Of a stretch of 64,000 nt of DNA, positions 9,316-19,600 are shown one piece after another. The stretch covers positions 32,001 to 96,000 of the forward strand of contig JABCTZ010000009.1 in NCBI GenBank assembly GCA_018238155.1. Reading direction: 5' to 3'. The notes beneath the pieces are model-generated. The model was not told the DNA's origin. It made no database searches and saw only the letters and a list, made by a program, of their open reading frames with translations. Numbering within the stretch: the first letter of the stretch is position 1; each line of letters begins with the position of its first letter. The position numbers and the translations under genes are program-made. The stretch is from Candidatus Heimdallarchaeota archaeon. GTDB lineage: Archaea; Asgardarchaeota; Heimdallarchaeia; JABLTI01.

Positions 9316-9332
9316 GAAATTTATTTCATATA
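9311..9332. promoter_or_regulatory. ArsR/SmtB-type operator
   Basis: Perfect 10-2-10 palindrome TATATGAAAT-TT-ATTTCATATA with TGAA-N6-TTCA core, between acr3 and arsM, arsR nearby. Confidence 0.75.
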
Positions 9333-9358
9333 GTTTAAGAACTCTGAGGAAATCAAGA

Positions 9359-10108
9359 ATGACAAAAAGCAAGGAAATTATAAAGGAAAGTTACGCGAGC
9401 GCACTAAAAAATGCTAAAACTGAAACAAGTAAAGAATCTTGTTGTTCTAAACCGAAAGATGAAAAATCTTCCGGGGAAAGCACTCCAAAATTATCTCTTA
9501 AACCTGTTCAATTCACTCCAAGCTTTGGATGTATTATTGATTTACCGAAAAAAGCTGGATTAAAAGAGGGGGATATTGTTGTTGATTTAGGATCTGGTCC
9601 TGGTCATGATTTGATACGAGCAGCGGAAATAATTGGTTCTAAAGGAAAAGCAATCGGTATTGATATGACTCCTGAAATGATTCAAAATGCCAATAATGAA
9701 ATCGAACATAAGGGATTAAGCAATGCAGAAGCACGATTAGGTGAGATTGAGAATATTCCCGTAGAGGACAATTTTGCTGACGTAGTTATTTCTAATTGCG
9801 TTATTAATTTAACAGCTAATAAATCAGTTGTTTTCAAGGAAGCTTTCAGGATCCTAAAACCTGGAGGACGATTAGTTGATGCAGATGTAATTGCAGAGCA
9901 TGAATTACCTCAAAGCTTACAAGACGATAACAAATCTTGGTGTAGTTGTATTGGTGGTGCTCTAACTGAGGAAGGATATTCCAAAGCTATGAATGCCGCA
10001 GGTTTTGTAGATATTAAAATTGATATTGATCATTCAAGGCACACAGAATGGGATGGAGAAAAAATCAGAATGTTTAGTGGAATAATTTCTGCGGTAAAAC
10101 CAGTATAA
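9359..10108 (+). CDS. arsM: Arsenite S-adenosylmethionine methyltransferase
   Basis: SCCS, SFGC, VDLGSGPG, GIDMTPEM, ISNCVINL, WCSCIGGA; start placed at ATG 9359 because ATG 9314 lies inside the promoter/operator. Confidence 0.93.
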   Translation: MTKSKEIIKESYASALKNAKTETSKESCCSKPKDEKSSGESTPKLSLKPVQFTPSFGCIIDLPKKAGLKEGDIVVDLGSGPGHDLIRAAEIIGSKGKAIGIDMTPEMIQNANNEIEHKGLSNAEARLGEIENIPVEDNFADVVISNCVINLTANKSVVFKEAFRILKPGGRLVDADVIAEHELPQSLQDDNKSWCSCIGGALTEEGYSKAMNAAGFVDIKIDIDHSRHTEWDGEKIRMFSGIISAVKPV

Positions 10109-10186
10109 AATAATCTATTTCAGTCATAGTTCTTCCAACAATTTATATTATAGTTGTGAATATTGAGTATAAAATGGGGCTAAGAA

Positions 10187-10633
10187 ATGACTGTAGAAAA
10201 GAAAGAAGATTCCAGTAAGAAAGATGCCGATATCAAGAAGGAAAAACTCGGTGAAAAGATTGTGAAATTAATCGATGGATCTGAGCTTAAATCTTTATGT
10301 TGTTCATTAGAGGACTGGGAGGAGCGAATAGAAACAATACCCGCATTTAAAGAAGCTGATTTTTTCAGTAGAATTCTGCGGGTAGTTTCAAACCCAATAC
10401 GTTTGAAAATACTTACAATATTGCTTGAAAGAAGTTGGGCATGCAATTGCGAATTTGAATATATACTCAAAATTCATCAAACCTTGATTTCACATCATCT
10501 TAAACTATTGAGAGATTCTGGTTTAGTAACCTTTAAACAAGAAGGTCTTTGGAAATTATATAGAATCGAAGAGAAATTCCGTCCTTTTCTTGAAAAGTTC
10601 AGAGAATTACTATTTACGTTACCTAAGAAATGA
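10187..10633 (+). CDS. arsR: ArsR/SmtB family repressor
   Basis: NPIRLKIL...ACNCE...QTLISHHLKLLRDSGLV wHTH; CxC site plus N-terminal CC. Confidence 0.9.
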   Translation: MTVEKKEDSSKKDADIKKEKLGEKIVKLIDGSELKSLCCSLEDWEERIETIPAFKEADFFSRILRVVSNPIRLKILTILLERSWACNCEFEYILKIHQTLISHHLKLLRDSGLVTFKQEGLWKLYRIEEKFRPFLEKFRELLFTLPKK

Positions 10634-10642
10634 TATCTTTGA

Positions 10643-10987
10643 GTGATACCTTTGCCAATGCCTAACTGGATAAAAGAGTGGATTCCAAAAGATCGATTGG
10701 TTGCTAATAAATTTAAATTGAGCAAAAGATACCTTCGAAATTCTAAGAAACTACAATTTATGGTCGGAGAAAAATTTCAAGGAACTGATAATTGGGCTTG
10801 GTTTAAGTATATGGTAATAAGTAAGAAATATGGTAAATATTGGGTGCGGTATACAGAAGGATTATATGAATGCAACTGTCCTTTCTTTAAACACCGAGGC
10901 ATCTGTTCTCATATTTTTGCTGTAGCTCAACTCACCGATACATGGCCAAAAATAGAAACAATTTTTCCCGAAAAAAATGTTTTATAA
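10643..10987 (+). CDS. SWIM zinc-finger protein
   Basis: YECNCPFFKHRGICSHIFA (CxCx-n-CxH). Confidence 0.85.
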   Translation: MIPLPMPNWIKEWIPKDRLVANKFKLSKRYLRNSKKLQFMVGEKFQGTDNWAWFKYMVISKKYGKYWVRYTEGLYECNCPFFKHRGICSHIFAVAQLTDTWPKIETIFPEKNVL

Positions 10988-11052
10988 TGGTCTCTCTTAA
11001 TTTTTTTCAGACTACTTTTTTTCTCAATTAGTTATTTAGAAAAGCTCAAGCA

Positions 11053-11895
11053 TTATGTTGAGCTAAGATTATTTTGAGCAATATATTCTTTCAGAGTGGT
11101 TTCATTCAAATCAATTGTAGTTCGAATGTCTTCAATGATACAATCTCGTAAGAATACTAGAAGTGAGGGTAAATCTCTCATATCTCTCAGAAAGAAATCA
11201 GGATTTTGTTGTTGTAAGTGTGGTCTTGAATGTGCCATCTCTTTCTCAGTAACTGCTACTGTTTTTATTCCCGCTCTTTTACTTGCAATAATATCACTTG
11301 CTTGATCGCCAATGGACAAAACTTCACATGCTTTGAGGTTCATTATTTCTAGGGCTTTTAAGAACCCACTGGCATCTGGCTTTATCTTATCTATATCATC
11401 TCGAGTAAGAATGAGATCAAACTCTTTTATTTCAGGTATCTTCTCGGAAGCTTTTTTGATCACTTTTCTACTAGTGTTTGTTAAAAGAATTACTTTGTAA
11501 TCTTGTGCAAGGAGTTCTCGTAATACTTTACGAACGCCAATAGTTGGAACAATATTCATACGACTTTTAAGATACATAATAACTGTTGTAAAAATGAATT
11601 TCAATGCTTGAAAATTAGTCATACCCATTTTCTTCCCCATTTGGAATGAGAATTTAGCCAAGCTAGTATTTTTTGGTTTTTTGTCCAATGTAGTTAGTAG
11701 TGAAAAAACTTCAAGGGATGCCTTATTGATTTGTTTTTCAGTAATCTCTGGTCTTACCATCAACACACTCTGGATAAGAGGCCAACCAAGTCTAACTACA
11801 AATGATGATAACACTCCATCAAAATCAAATATTATTGCTTTAATTTGAGAGGTACGCTTTGGTGTATTGGGCGTATCTACATTGAGAGGATTCAT
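11053..11895 (-). CDS. HAD-superfamily hydrolase (phosphoglycolate-phosphatase-like)
   Basis: FDFDGVL, LTN, KPD and IGDQASDI motifs. Confidence 0.9.
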   Translation of the reverse strand: MNPLNVDTPNTPKRTSQIKAIIFDFDGVLSSFVVRLGWPLIQSVLMVRPEITEKQINKASLEVFSLLTTLDKKPKNTSLAKFSFQMGKKMGMTNFQALKFIFTTVIMYLKSRMNIVPTIGVRKVLRELLAQDYKVILLTNTSRKVIKKASEKIPEIKEFDLILTRDDIDKIKPDASGFLKALEIMNLKACEVLSIGDQASDIIASKRAGIKTVAVTEKEMAHSRPHLQQQNPDFFLRDMRDLPSLLVFLRDCIIEDIRTTIDLNETTLKEYIAQNNLSST

Positions 11896-12148
11896 TGTTT
11901 TAAATTCCTTTTAACAGATTAATTTATAATTCTAAACTGAAAACTTGGTTCTAATTATACAATTTGAATTTATTTCTTATAATTATGTATAATTCTTACA
12001 ATTATCAAGATGAATTATGAATAAAAGTAATCTTTATTCCCTAATATTCTTTGTTTTGCGGCAAGAACTACTCAAAATTCTATTAAATAACGAATATTAA
12101 TATAGAATAATTCGTTATAGAATTATTATTCAACTAAAAACAACTAAT

Positions 12149-12580
12149 TTGGAGGATTTAAAATTGGCTTTGAATGCTGATGCGGCAATAGCACTCTATA
12201 TTCTGATTTCTTCAGTTTTAAGCTTAGTAATCAATATCATTTTCTTTAGATTTGTTTTTAAAAAGAAAAAGAGATTGAAAGCAAATACTTTCACATGGCT
12301 AACCACTTTGGGTATGATGATTCCAGTAAGTTTTGCTTTAATGGCTATTTTCTTATCAATAGATGTATCCTCTAGTAGTGTTGGTGGTGCTCTTGGGTAC
12401 GGTTTACTAATGACATTAGCTATTCCACCAATTTTCTGGTTTGTTCCCACTACTCTCTATTCACTAATAAGAGCTATCTTTATAGCGATAACAAGAAGAA
12501 AAGAACGAGAAATTTTAGAAGAAGATATTCAGGACGTTGGGCTAAATGTTGAACCAATTTTAGCTCAAAAGCATGAATGA
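12149..12580 (+). CDS. Small hypothetical membrane protein (about 3 TM)
   Basis: 143-aa ORF with hydrophobic segments. Confidence 0.65.
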   Translation: MEDLKLALNADAAIALYILISSVLSLVINIIFFRFVFKKKKRLKANTFTWLTTLGMMIPVSFALMAIFLSIDVSSSSVGGALGYGLLMTLAIPPIFWFVPTTLYSLIRAIFIAITRRKEREILEEDIQDVGLNVEPILAQKHE

Positions 12581-12618
12581 TGAATAATAAAAAACATTGA
12601 ATGTAAGGTGAAAAATCC

Positions 12619-13395
12619 TTACATCTGTTTTCTTATTTCAGAAACTAAGAAATCGCTTAGCTTTTCCAAGTAAACTTTGCCATCTTTCCAATTTGCTTTT
12701 GTTGGGTCACCTAAGATACCGTTAGCTGTTAGTACTTTCATTCCTTTAGTGAAGAGAAGCTCTGTTTCCCTCTCACCGAATTTTCCAAGATAACCTGGCT
12801 TGTATCTCTCTTTTTTAACGAGATTTTCAGCAATGGCGAGTACTATAGATGTTTCATTTTCACCAGAATGAGCTCCTGCTTCTTCTGCAGTTTTCCCTGC
12901 TTCTATTGACATTTGAGTTAGTATTTCAGAGAATTTAGAAAGATCTGAATATCCAATTATATTGTTGTTGGGATATTTTTCTTGTAATTTCTCAATTGCT
13001 ATTGCTGTTATAGCAAAATTCCCACCATGACTTGGGATAAAGATGATATTCTTAAATCCATGTTTTACGAAACTCTGAGTGTAATCGTTAATGATGTTTT
13101 CCAATGTGCTATCCAAAATTGATACCGTTCCTGGAAATTCCATATGGTGCTCTGAACAACCAACATTTATTGTTGGACCTTGCAAGGTTTTTCCAAGTTT
13201 TTTTGCAACGCTATGTGCGATTTCTTCACCTATTAATGAATCCGTTTTTAAAGGTAAATGTGGACCATGTTGTTCAATAGCTCCAATAGCAATTACTATT
13301 GTATCAAAACCCTGCTCCATTGCTTCGCCTATATCCGGCCAATTCATATCAATTATTTTAATGTTTTTCATGTTTTTTCCTCTACAGTTGCCCAT
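12619..13395 (-). CDS. Creatininase-family amidohydrolase
   Basis: GAIEQHGPHLPLKTD, HHMEFPGT, SHGGN, HSGENETS. Confidence 0.93.
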   Translation of the reverse strand: MGNCRGKNMKNIKIIDMNWPDIGEAMEQGFDTIVIAIGAIEQHGPHLPLKTDSLIGEEIAHSVAKKLGKTLQGPTINVGCSEHHMEFPGTVSILDSTLENIINDYTQSFVKHGFKNIIFIPSHGGNFAITAIAIEKLQEKYPNNNIIGYSDLSKFSEILTQMSIEAGKTAEEAGAHSGENETSIVLAIAENLVKKERYKPGYLGKFGERETELLFTKGMKVLTANGILGDPTKANWKDGKVYLEKLSDFLVSEIRKQM

Positions 13396-13634
13396 TTTTA
13401 TCGCTTAGAAGATAACGACTTTTGCAATTTCGGATAAATATTGTGTTTGATGTTTTTATATTATTTCTCTGTTTAAAAAGAGCTTTGTTTATGAATTTGT
13501 TCAAGAAATCAATATTTTTGTTATTATAACGAAAATGTTCACAAAAGCAACTATTTTATAACAGTGAGTCTTGCAATATTAGATAGTGAAATGATATTAG
13601 CTCTTCCATTTTTGTGTCAAATGAGTGTTAAACA

Positions 13635-16505
13635 ATGAAAAACCCATTAAGAATTCTGCATCTTGAGGATAATCAAATCGATGCAGAATTAGTGAAAGAA
13701 ATTCTTTTATTAGAGGATTTGAGTTTCACTATTATTAGTGTTGATACTCGAGAGGATTTCGTAAAAACTATCGAAGAAAAAACCTTTGATTTAATACTCG
13801 CTGATTATAGCTTACCATCATTTGATGGACTTTCTGCTCTGAAAGAAACAAGGAAACGAGGATTGAGTGTTCCATTTATTTTAGTCTCCGCAGTTCTTGG
13901 AGAAGAACTTGCAATTGAAGCATTGCATAGTGGTGCAACAGATTACGTATTAAAGTCTCGTTTAGAGCGTTTAGTACCAGCTATTCTGCGAGCTATCCGT
14001 GAGGTTGAAGACCGAGATCAACGTATAAAACTCGAAGGCGAAATTTCCGAGCTAATTGCAATGTATGAGAAAATTGCTGAACGAGTACGTGGTTTCTTGA
14101 AAATGAATTTACCTTCAGGTAAATATTCAATGGTGGATAAATATCTTGAAGAATTAAGTGGATATTCTACTAGGGAATGGAATGCTACTCCGAATTTCAT
14201 TGAAACATTTATTCATCCCGATTATCAAGCGATCTATCAAGATAGTTTCACTAAAATGAAAGAAGGCATAGTTCCTCGAATGATCGAATATAAAATAATT
14301 AAAAAAGACGGAGAAGAACGTTGGTGGCTTCAATTTGCAATTGGGGCCTACGACATTGATCAGAAGTTAATATCGGTATCTATAGTTATAATTGATAATA
14401 CAGACAATAAAGAATCCTTTTTGAAATATCAGAATTTGTTTGAGAACGCTTTAGTTGGTATGTTTAGAAGTGATGTAAAAACCGGCAAAATAATAGAAGC
14501 AAATGAAAACATGGCGATGATTTTTGGAGTTAATTCACTCGAGGAATATAAGCTTCTTAATGCAAAGGATTTCTATTATACAGAGGAAGAGCGAAAAAAA
14601 GCTATTGATTTAATGAATAAGCAAGGATATATCAATAATCATCACCTCAGGTTGAAAAGAAATGATGGATCGTCTATTTGGATAAGTATGTCCGCAAAAA
14701 TCTATGCTAAAGGAGGTTATATTGAGGGTGTTATGGTTGATATCTCCAGTCAGAAAAAGGCAGAAGCAGAATTGAAACGAGATAGACGTGCGTTTCAGAT
14801 AATTGCTGAAGCAGCAGTAGATTCTATTGGCATACCAGAAATGTGCAATCAAATCTTAAGTGGGTTGATAGAAACATTAGATTTTGAATTTGGCACAGTT
14901 CGACTTTTTAGAAAAGAAAAGAGAATTCTTGAGTTAGTAGCACATGTAGGATTTGATGATAATGAGAAACTTCAATCGTCATCTATTTCCATTGATGATT
15001 ACACGTATATCACTGCAGATGTTGCTCGCCATAAACGTCCATTATTTGCTCCGGATATGGCTAAGAGTGAATATGAGAGATTAAGAACAACACCATTTAG
15101 GATAGATAATATTCAAGCTTTTATTTCATGGCCAATTTTGAGTTCAAAGCAAGAGTTGATCGGTACCCTTCAATTGATTGCTCACGAAGCCAAAAATTTT
15201 TCCGTAGAAGATAGGACCTTCTTTGAAAATATTGTGGGCATGTTTGCCTCTTCATTGGAACGTAAGCTTTCTGATGAAGCGCTTTTGGAATCGGAACATG
15301 CTAAACGTATTCTTGCTAACATCGTTGAAAGCAGTAAAGAAGTAGTTATTCAAGGCGATGAGAATGGAACCATAATCTTTGCTAGTTCTCCTGTCAAAGA
15401 AGTATTCGGTTACACACCAAAGGAATTAATTGGTGAACATTTCTCGAAGTTAGCTCCTCAAGGTGGAGAAGAGAAACAAAAAAGAATGTTTGACACAATA
15501 AAGAAATCAGGTAGTTTGACTTTTGAAAGCGTCCGAAAACATAAGGACGGGACATTGATACCTGTTATTATGACTGTGACTCCTGAAAAAGATGAAAAAA
15601 CAGGCAAATTCATTTCTAATGCAGTTATTGTTGATATCTCAGAAGTAAAACGTTTAGAAGCTTCATTGCGAGATAGATCTTATGAGTTAGAAGTTCTCAA
15701 TAAAATTATTTCAGCTGGATACTTGGCAAGAAGTTTAAATGAATTGTTAGACTTTACTTTGAACGCTATCCTAAATTCGTTAGATTTCCATGGTGGTGCT
15801 ATTTATTTCATTGATGAAGCCGGTGATACAGCTACAATCAGAAGATCATTAGGTATGTCAACATCGTACGTAAAAATGGCTGAAAAAATAAAAATCAATA
15901 GCCCTGCAATAAAAAAGCTATTTAAGGGTGGGAAATCAGTTCTTGTGTCTGATTATTTAGAGAAAAGCAAGGACCACATGGGTTTTGGTATTGCAACTTT
16001 AATTGCGGTTCCTTTCTTCTCAAAACAGAAAGTAATTGGCGGGTTATTTTTAAGTACAAAAGAGAAACGAACTATTTCAAAAAATGATTTAGCTACGCTT
16101 GAAGCTATTGGGAGAGAAGTTGGTACTTCTTTTGCTAAAATGATTGTGGAGGAAGAATACAAAAATTCGGAAGAAAACCTCTTATCCGCATTAACTTCTG
16201 TTGGAGATTTAGTTTTAATCATTGATGTTGAGACAGGTACAATCTTACGGGTAAATAAAAAATTACTGCAAAAACTATCTTATACGATTAAGGTTTTGCA
16301 AAAAATGACTATTCAGGAACTAATACCTGATAATAAATTATTAGAATTTAATGATGTCATTGCGAAAACTCTCAAATCCGGCAAAGAGAAATATCAACTA
16401 GTAATGAAAACTAAAACTCAGAAAATTATTGAACTTGAAATGTTTCTATACAAAACAAAATTCACAAGCAAAGAGGCAATTTTATTCTTAGCTTCAAAGA
16501 ACTAG
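13635..16505 (+). CDS. REC-PAS-PAS-GAF-PAS-GAF-PAS signalling protein, no kinase or output domain
   Basis: HLEDN...LADYSLPSFDG...DYVLK receiver; PAS/PAC (FIHPD, KKDG..RW) and GAF segments; no H-box or HATPase. Confidence 0.9.
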   Translation: MKNPLRILHLEDNQIDAELVKEILLLEDLSFTIISVDTREDFVKTIEEKTFDLILADYSLPSFDGLSALKETRKRGLSVPFILVSAVLGEELAIEALHSGATDYVLKSRLERLVPAILRAIREVEDRDQRIKLEGEISELIAMYEKIAERVRGFLKMNLPSGKYSMVDKYLEELSGYSTREWNATPNFIETFIHPDYQAIYQDSFTKMKEGIVPRMIEYKIIKKDGEERWWLQFAIGAYDIDQKLISVSIVIIDNTDNKESFLKYQNLFENALVGMFRSDVKTGKIIEANENMAMIFGVNSLEEYKLLNAKDFYYTEEERKKAIDLMNKQGYINNHHLRLKRNDGSSIWISMSAKIYAKGGYIEGVMVDISSQKKAEAELKRDRRAFQIIAEAAVDSIGIPEMCNQILSGLIETLDFEFGTVRLFRKEKRILELVAHVGFDDNEKLQSSSISIDDYTYITADVARHKRPLFAPDMAKSEYERLRTTPFRIDNIQAFISWPILSSKQELIGTLQLIAHEAKNFSVEDRTFFENIVGMFASSLERKLSDEALLESEHAKRILANIVESSKEVVIQGDENGTIIFASSPVKEVFGYTPKELIGEHFSKLAPQGGEEKQKRMFDTIKKSGSLTFESVRKHKDGTLIPVIMTVTPEKDEKTGKFISNAVIVDISEVKRLEASLRDRSYELEVLNKIISAGYLARSLNELLDFTLNAILNSLDFHGGAIYFIDEAGDTATIRRSLGMSTSYVKMAEKIKINSPAIKKLFKGGKSVLVSDYLEKSKDHMGFGIATLIAVPFFSKQKVIGGLFLSTKEKRTISKNDLATLEAIGREVGTSFAKMIVEEEYKNSEENLLSALTSVGDLVLIIDVETGTILRVNKKLLQKLSYTIKVLQKMTIQELIPDNKLLEFNDVIAKTLKSGKEKYQLVMKTKTQKIIELEMFLYKTKFTSKEAILFLASKN

Positions 16506-16625
16506 AGCTAATTCTGGCTTTCATCAAACAAAATAAAGATAAACAATTAATTAGATAGTACTTTTAGGTTTACTTTAATAGGTTAATCTTTAGATAAAGC
16601 TAGCAGATAAAAAGTGAAATCACTT

Positions 16626-19600
16626 ATGTCACATCCATTAAAATTTCTTCATTTAGAAGATAATAAAAATGATGCGGAATTAGTAAAAGAAATTATATTA
16701 CTTAATGATATTAATTGTGAGATTATTCATGTTGATAATAAGGTTGATTTTGAAAGTGAACTTGTAAAAGGTGATTATAATATAATTTTAGCTGATTATA
16801 ATTTGCCATCATTTGATGGATTAACCGCTTTGAAATTAGCAAATGAGAAGAACCCAGACGTGCCTTTTATTTTCATTTCTGGCGTGCTCGGGGAAGAATT
16901 AGCCATTGAGACTTTGAAAAGAGGTGCGACAGATTATGTATTAAAGTCTCGTTTAGAGCGACTCGCTCCTGCAATTATGCGTGCTTTGCGTGAAAAAGAA
17001 GAACATGCTCAACGCATCAGACTCGAACGTGAAATCGTTGAACTTGAACAAATGAGAGATGAACTCCAGAGTATTTATCAACAATTAACTCGAAGGGTTC
17101 GAGGATTTATAAAAATTGATTTACCTTCTGGCAAATATTCTCTTGTGGATAAATTTCTTGAAGATTTGAGTGGATATGAAATTAAAGCTTGGAAAGAAAA
17201 ACCACAATTCATCAAAGAAATCGTTCATCCAGAATTTTCAAGCTATTACAATCAGCAAATTGATCAACTGAAGAACGAAATTGTTCCCAAAATGCTTGAG
17301 TATAAAATAATCAAAAAAGGTGGAGAAGAGCGTTGGTGGCTGCAATTTAATATAGGTGCATTTGATGTCGATGGAAAACTGATGTCTGTTTCTGCTGTTA
17401 TCGTTGATAACACAGACGATAAAGAAGCATACATCAAATTTCAGAATATTTTTGAGAATGCATTGATGGGAATGTATAGAACAGATATTAATACCGGAGA
17501 AATTATTGAAGCTAATAATAAATTAGCACTGATTTTTGGTTTTGATTCTGTAGATGAGTTTAAAAAATTCAATGCTTTTGATTTCTTTCAGAATAAAGAA
17601 GAACGACTGAAACTCATGGATCAACTAAGGAAAAAAGGTTTCTATGAGGAACATCAATTAAAACTAAAACGTATTGACGGTTCAATTGCATGGGTGCGTG
17701 AATCTGCTAGAATTTATCCTAATGAAGGATATGTAGAAGGAATGATGCTTGATATTACCGAGCGAAAATTCGCTGAAGATGCAATTGTTAGAGATCGGAA
17801 AGTTTTTCAAATAATTGCTGAAGCGACAATTCATTCACATGATATTTCCATTCTCTGTCAGAAAATACTGGCTGGTTTGGTTGAAACATTTGGATTTAAT
17901 GCTGGAATTATTGAACTTTATAATCCAATTCTAAAACTGTTAGAACCAGTTGCAGTAGCTGGCGAAGAGATGGATGATGTAGAAAACCTTTCTCCAATTT
18001 CTATTGACAACCCAAATTATATTACTGCCCTTGTAGCAAGAGCTGGCAAACCGATTTTCTGTGTTGATATTACCCAAGATAGTGTTTTAAGAAAATACAA
18101 AGCTAGACCTGATGAACAAATTAGAAAAGCGAATATTACTTATCCTATCTTTGATGCAGCGAATTCACTCCTGGGAGTATTACAACTTGTTTCAAAGGAA
18201 TCTCAAGAAATACTTATTGAAGATAAGGTATTATTTGAAACAATAGCGGATATGTTTACAACTGCTTTAGAACACCAACGATCGACAAGTGCTCTTTTGG
18301 AAAGTGAAGAAAAATTCCGTACTTTTGCTGAACAATCATTATTGGGTGTAACAATGGTATCTTTGCAAGGGGAGTTTACTTTCGTTAATGAGGAGTTTGT
18401 AAGAATAACAGGATTCTCACAAAATGAATTGTTAACTATGACAATACGAGACTTAATTGCTAAAATTTTGAGCAAACAAGAAGAAAACGATTTTCAAATT
18501 GCTATTAGTAATATTGTAATAATTAAAGAACCTATAAAAACGGAATTATTTATGAAAGCAAAAGATGGAAAAGAAAAGTGGGTACAAGTCAATATTGCGC
18601 CTATGCTAAATGCTATTGGAGAATACACAAGCACGGGTGCAGTTATTTTAGATATTACAGAACAAAAAAGAGCTCAAATGACCCTAGATAGGGAAAGACA
18701 AGCATTTCATATCTTAGCTGAAGCAACTGTTCATGCAAAAGATATACCACAATTTTGTGAACGAATTTTGAATGGTTTGGTCAAGGTATTAAAATTTGAT
18801 TTTGGTACCTTCAGACTCTATAATAAAAAAGAACGAATGTTAAATCTAATTGCAGTATCTCAGATTGATAATATCAAAGATATCAAACCTTTATCTATTG
18901 ATGATGAAACCTATCTTAATACATTTGTTGCTAAATCGAAGCAAGCTGTTTTTGCTCCAGATATAAGTAAACACAAAATAGCAATGAAATTTCAGAAACG
19001 ATTGGATAAATTTAACGTAAAAGCAAATATTACTTGGCCAATAGTAAGCACAAAGGATGATTTACTAGGTACAGTTCAAATTGCTGCCTTCACTACCAAA
19101 GAATTTCCTGAAGAAGATAGAATTTTCTTTGAAACTATCATTCGATTCTTTGGAACAGCTCTTGAAAGACGATGGAACGAAGAAGCATTGATAGAGAGTC
19201 AGGCACAATATCGACGATTGGTTGATACCTCTCCTTTTGCAATAATAAACACCGATTTAGACGGGAAAATAATCAGAGTGAATCATCAAGCAATAACAAT
19301 ATTCGGTTATAACCTGGAATCAGATTTCGTTGGTTTGAACTTCTTTGATCTATTTATTGGAGGTCATAAAACAAATATAATCAATCACACTAAAGCAATA
19401 ATTAAATCAAGAATAATTAGCAACAATGAATATAAAGTTCAGAGCAAATTGAAACAAGAACTCGTTATGGATTTGAGTGCTTCTTTAATATTAGATGAAA
19501 AAGATGCTCCTGAAGCGCTTGTTTTTATTGGGCAAGACATTTCATCCAAGAAGGCAGCAGAAGATGAACAAAAGCAATTTATGGATGTAGTTGCTTCAAG

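Noticed and set aside
9314-9358. arsM N-terminal extension from ATG 9314
   Set aside because: That ATG lies inside the TATA/operator palindromes; ATG 9359 fits better.
12619-13395. Mycofactocin MftE assignment
   Set aside because: No mftA/B/C neighbours; only family-level creatininase motifs.
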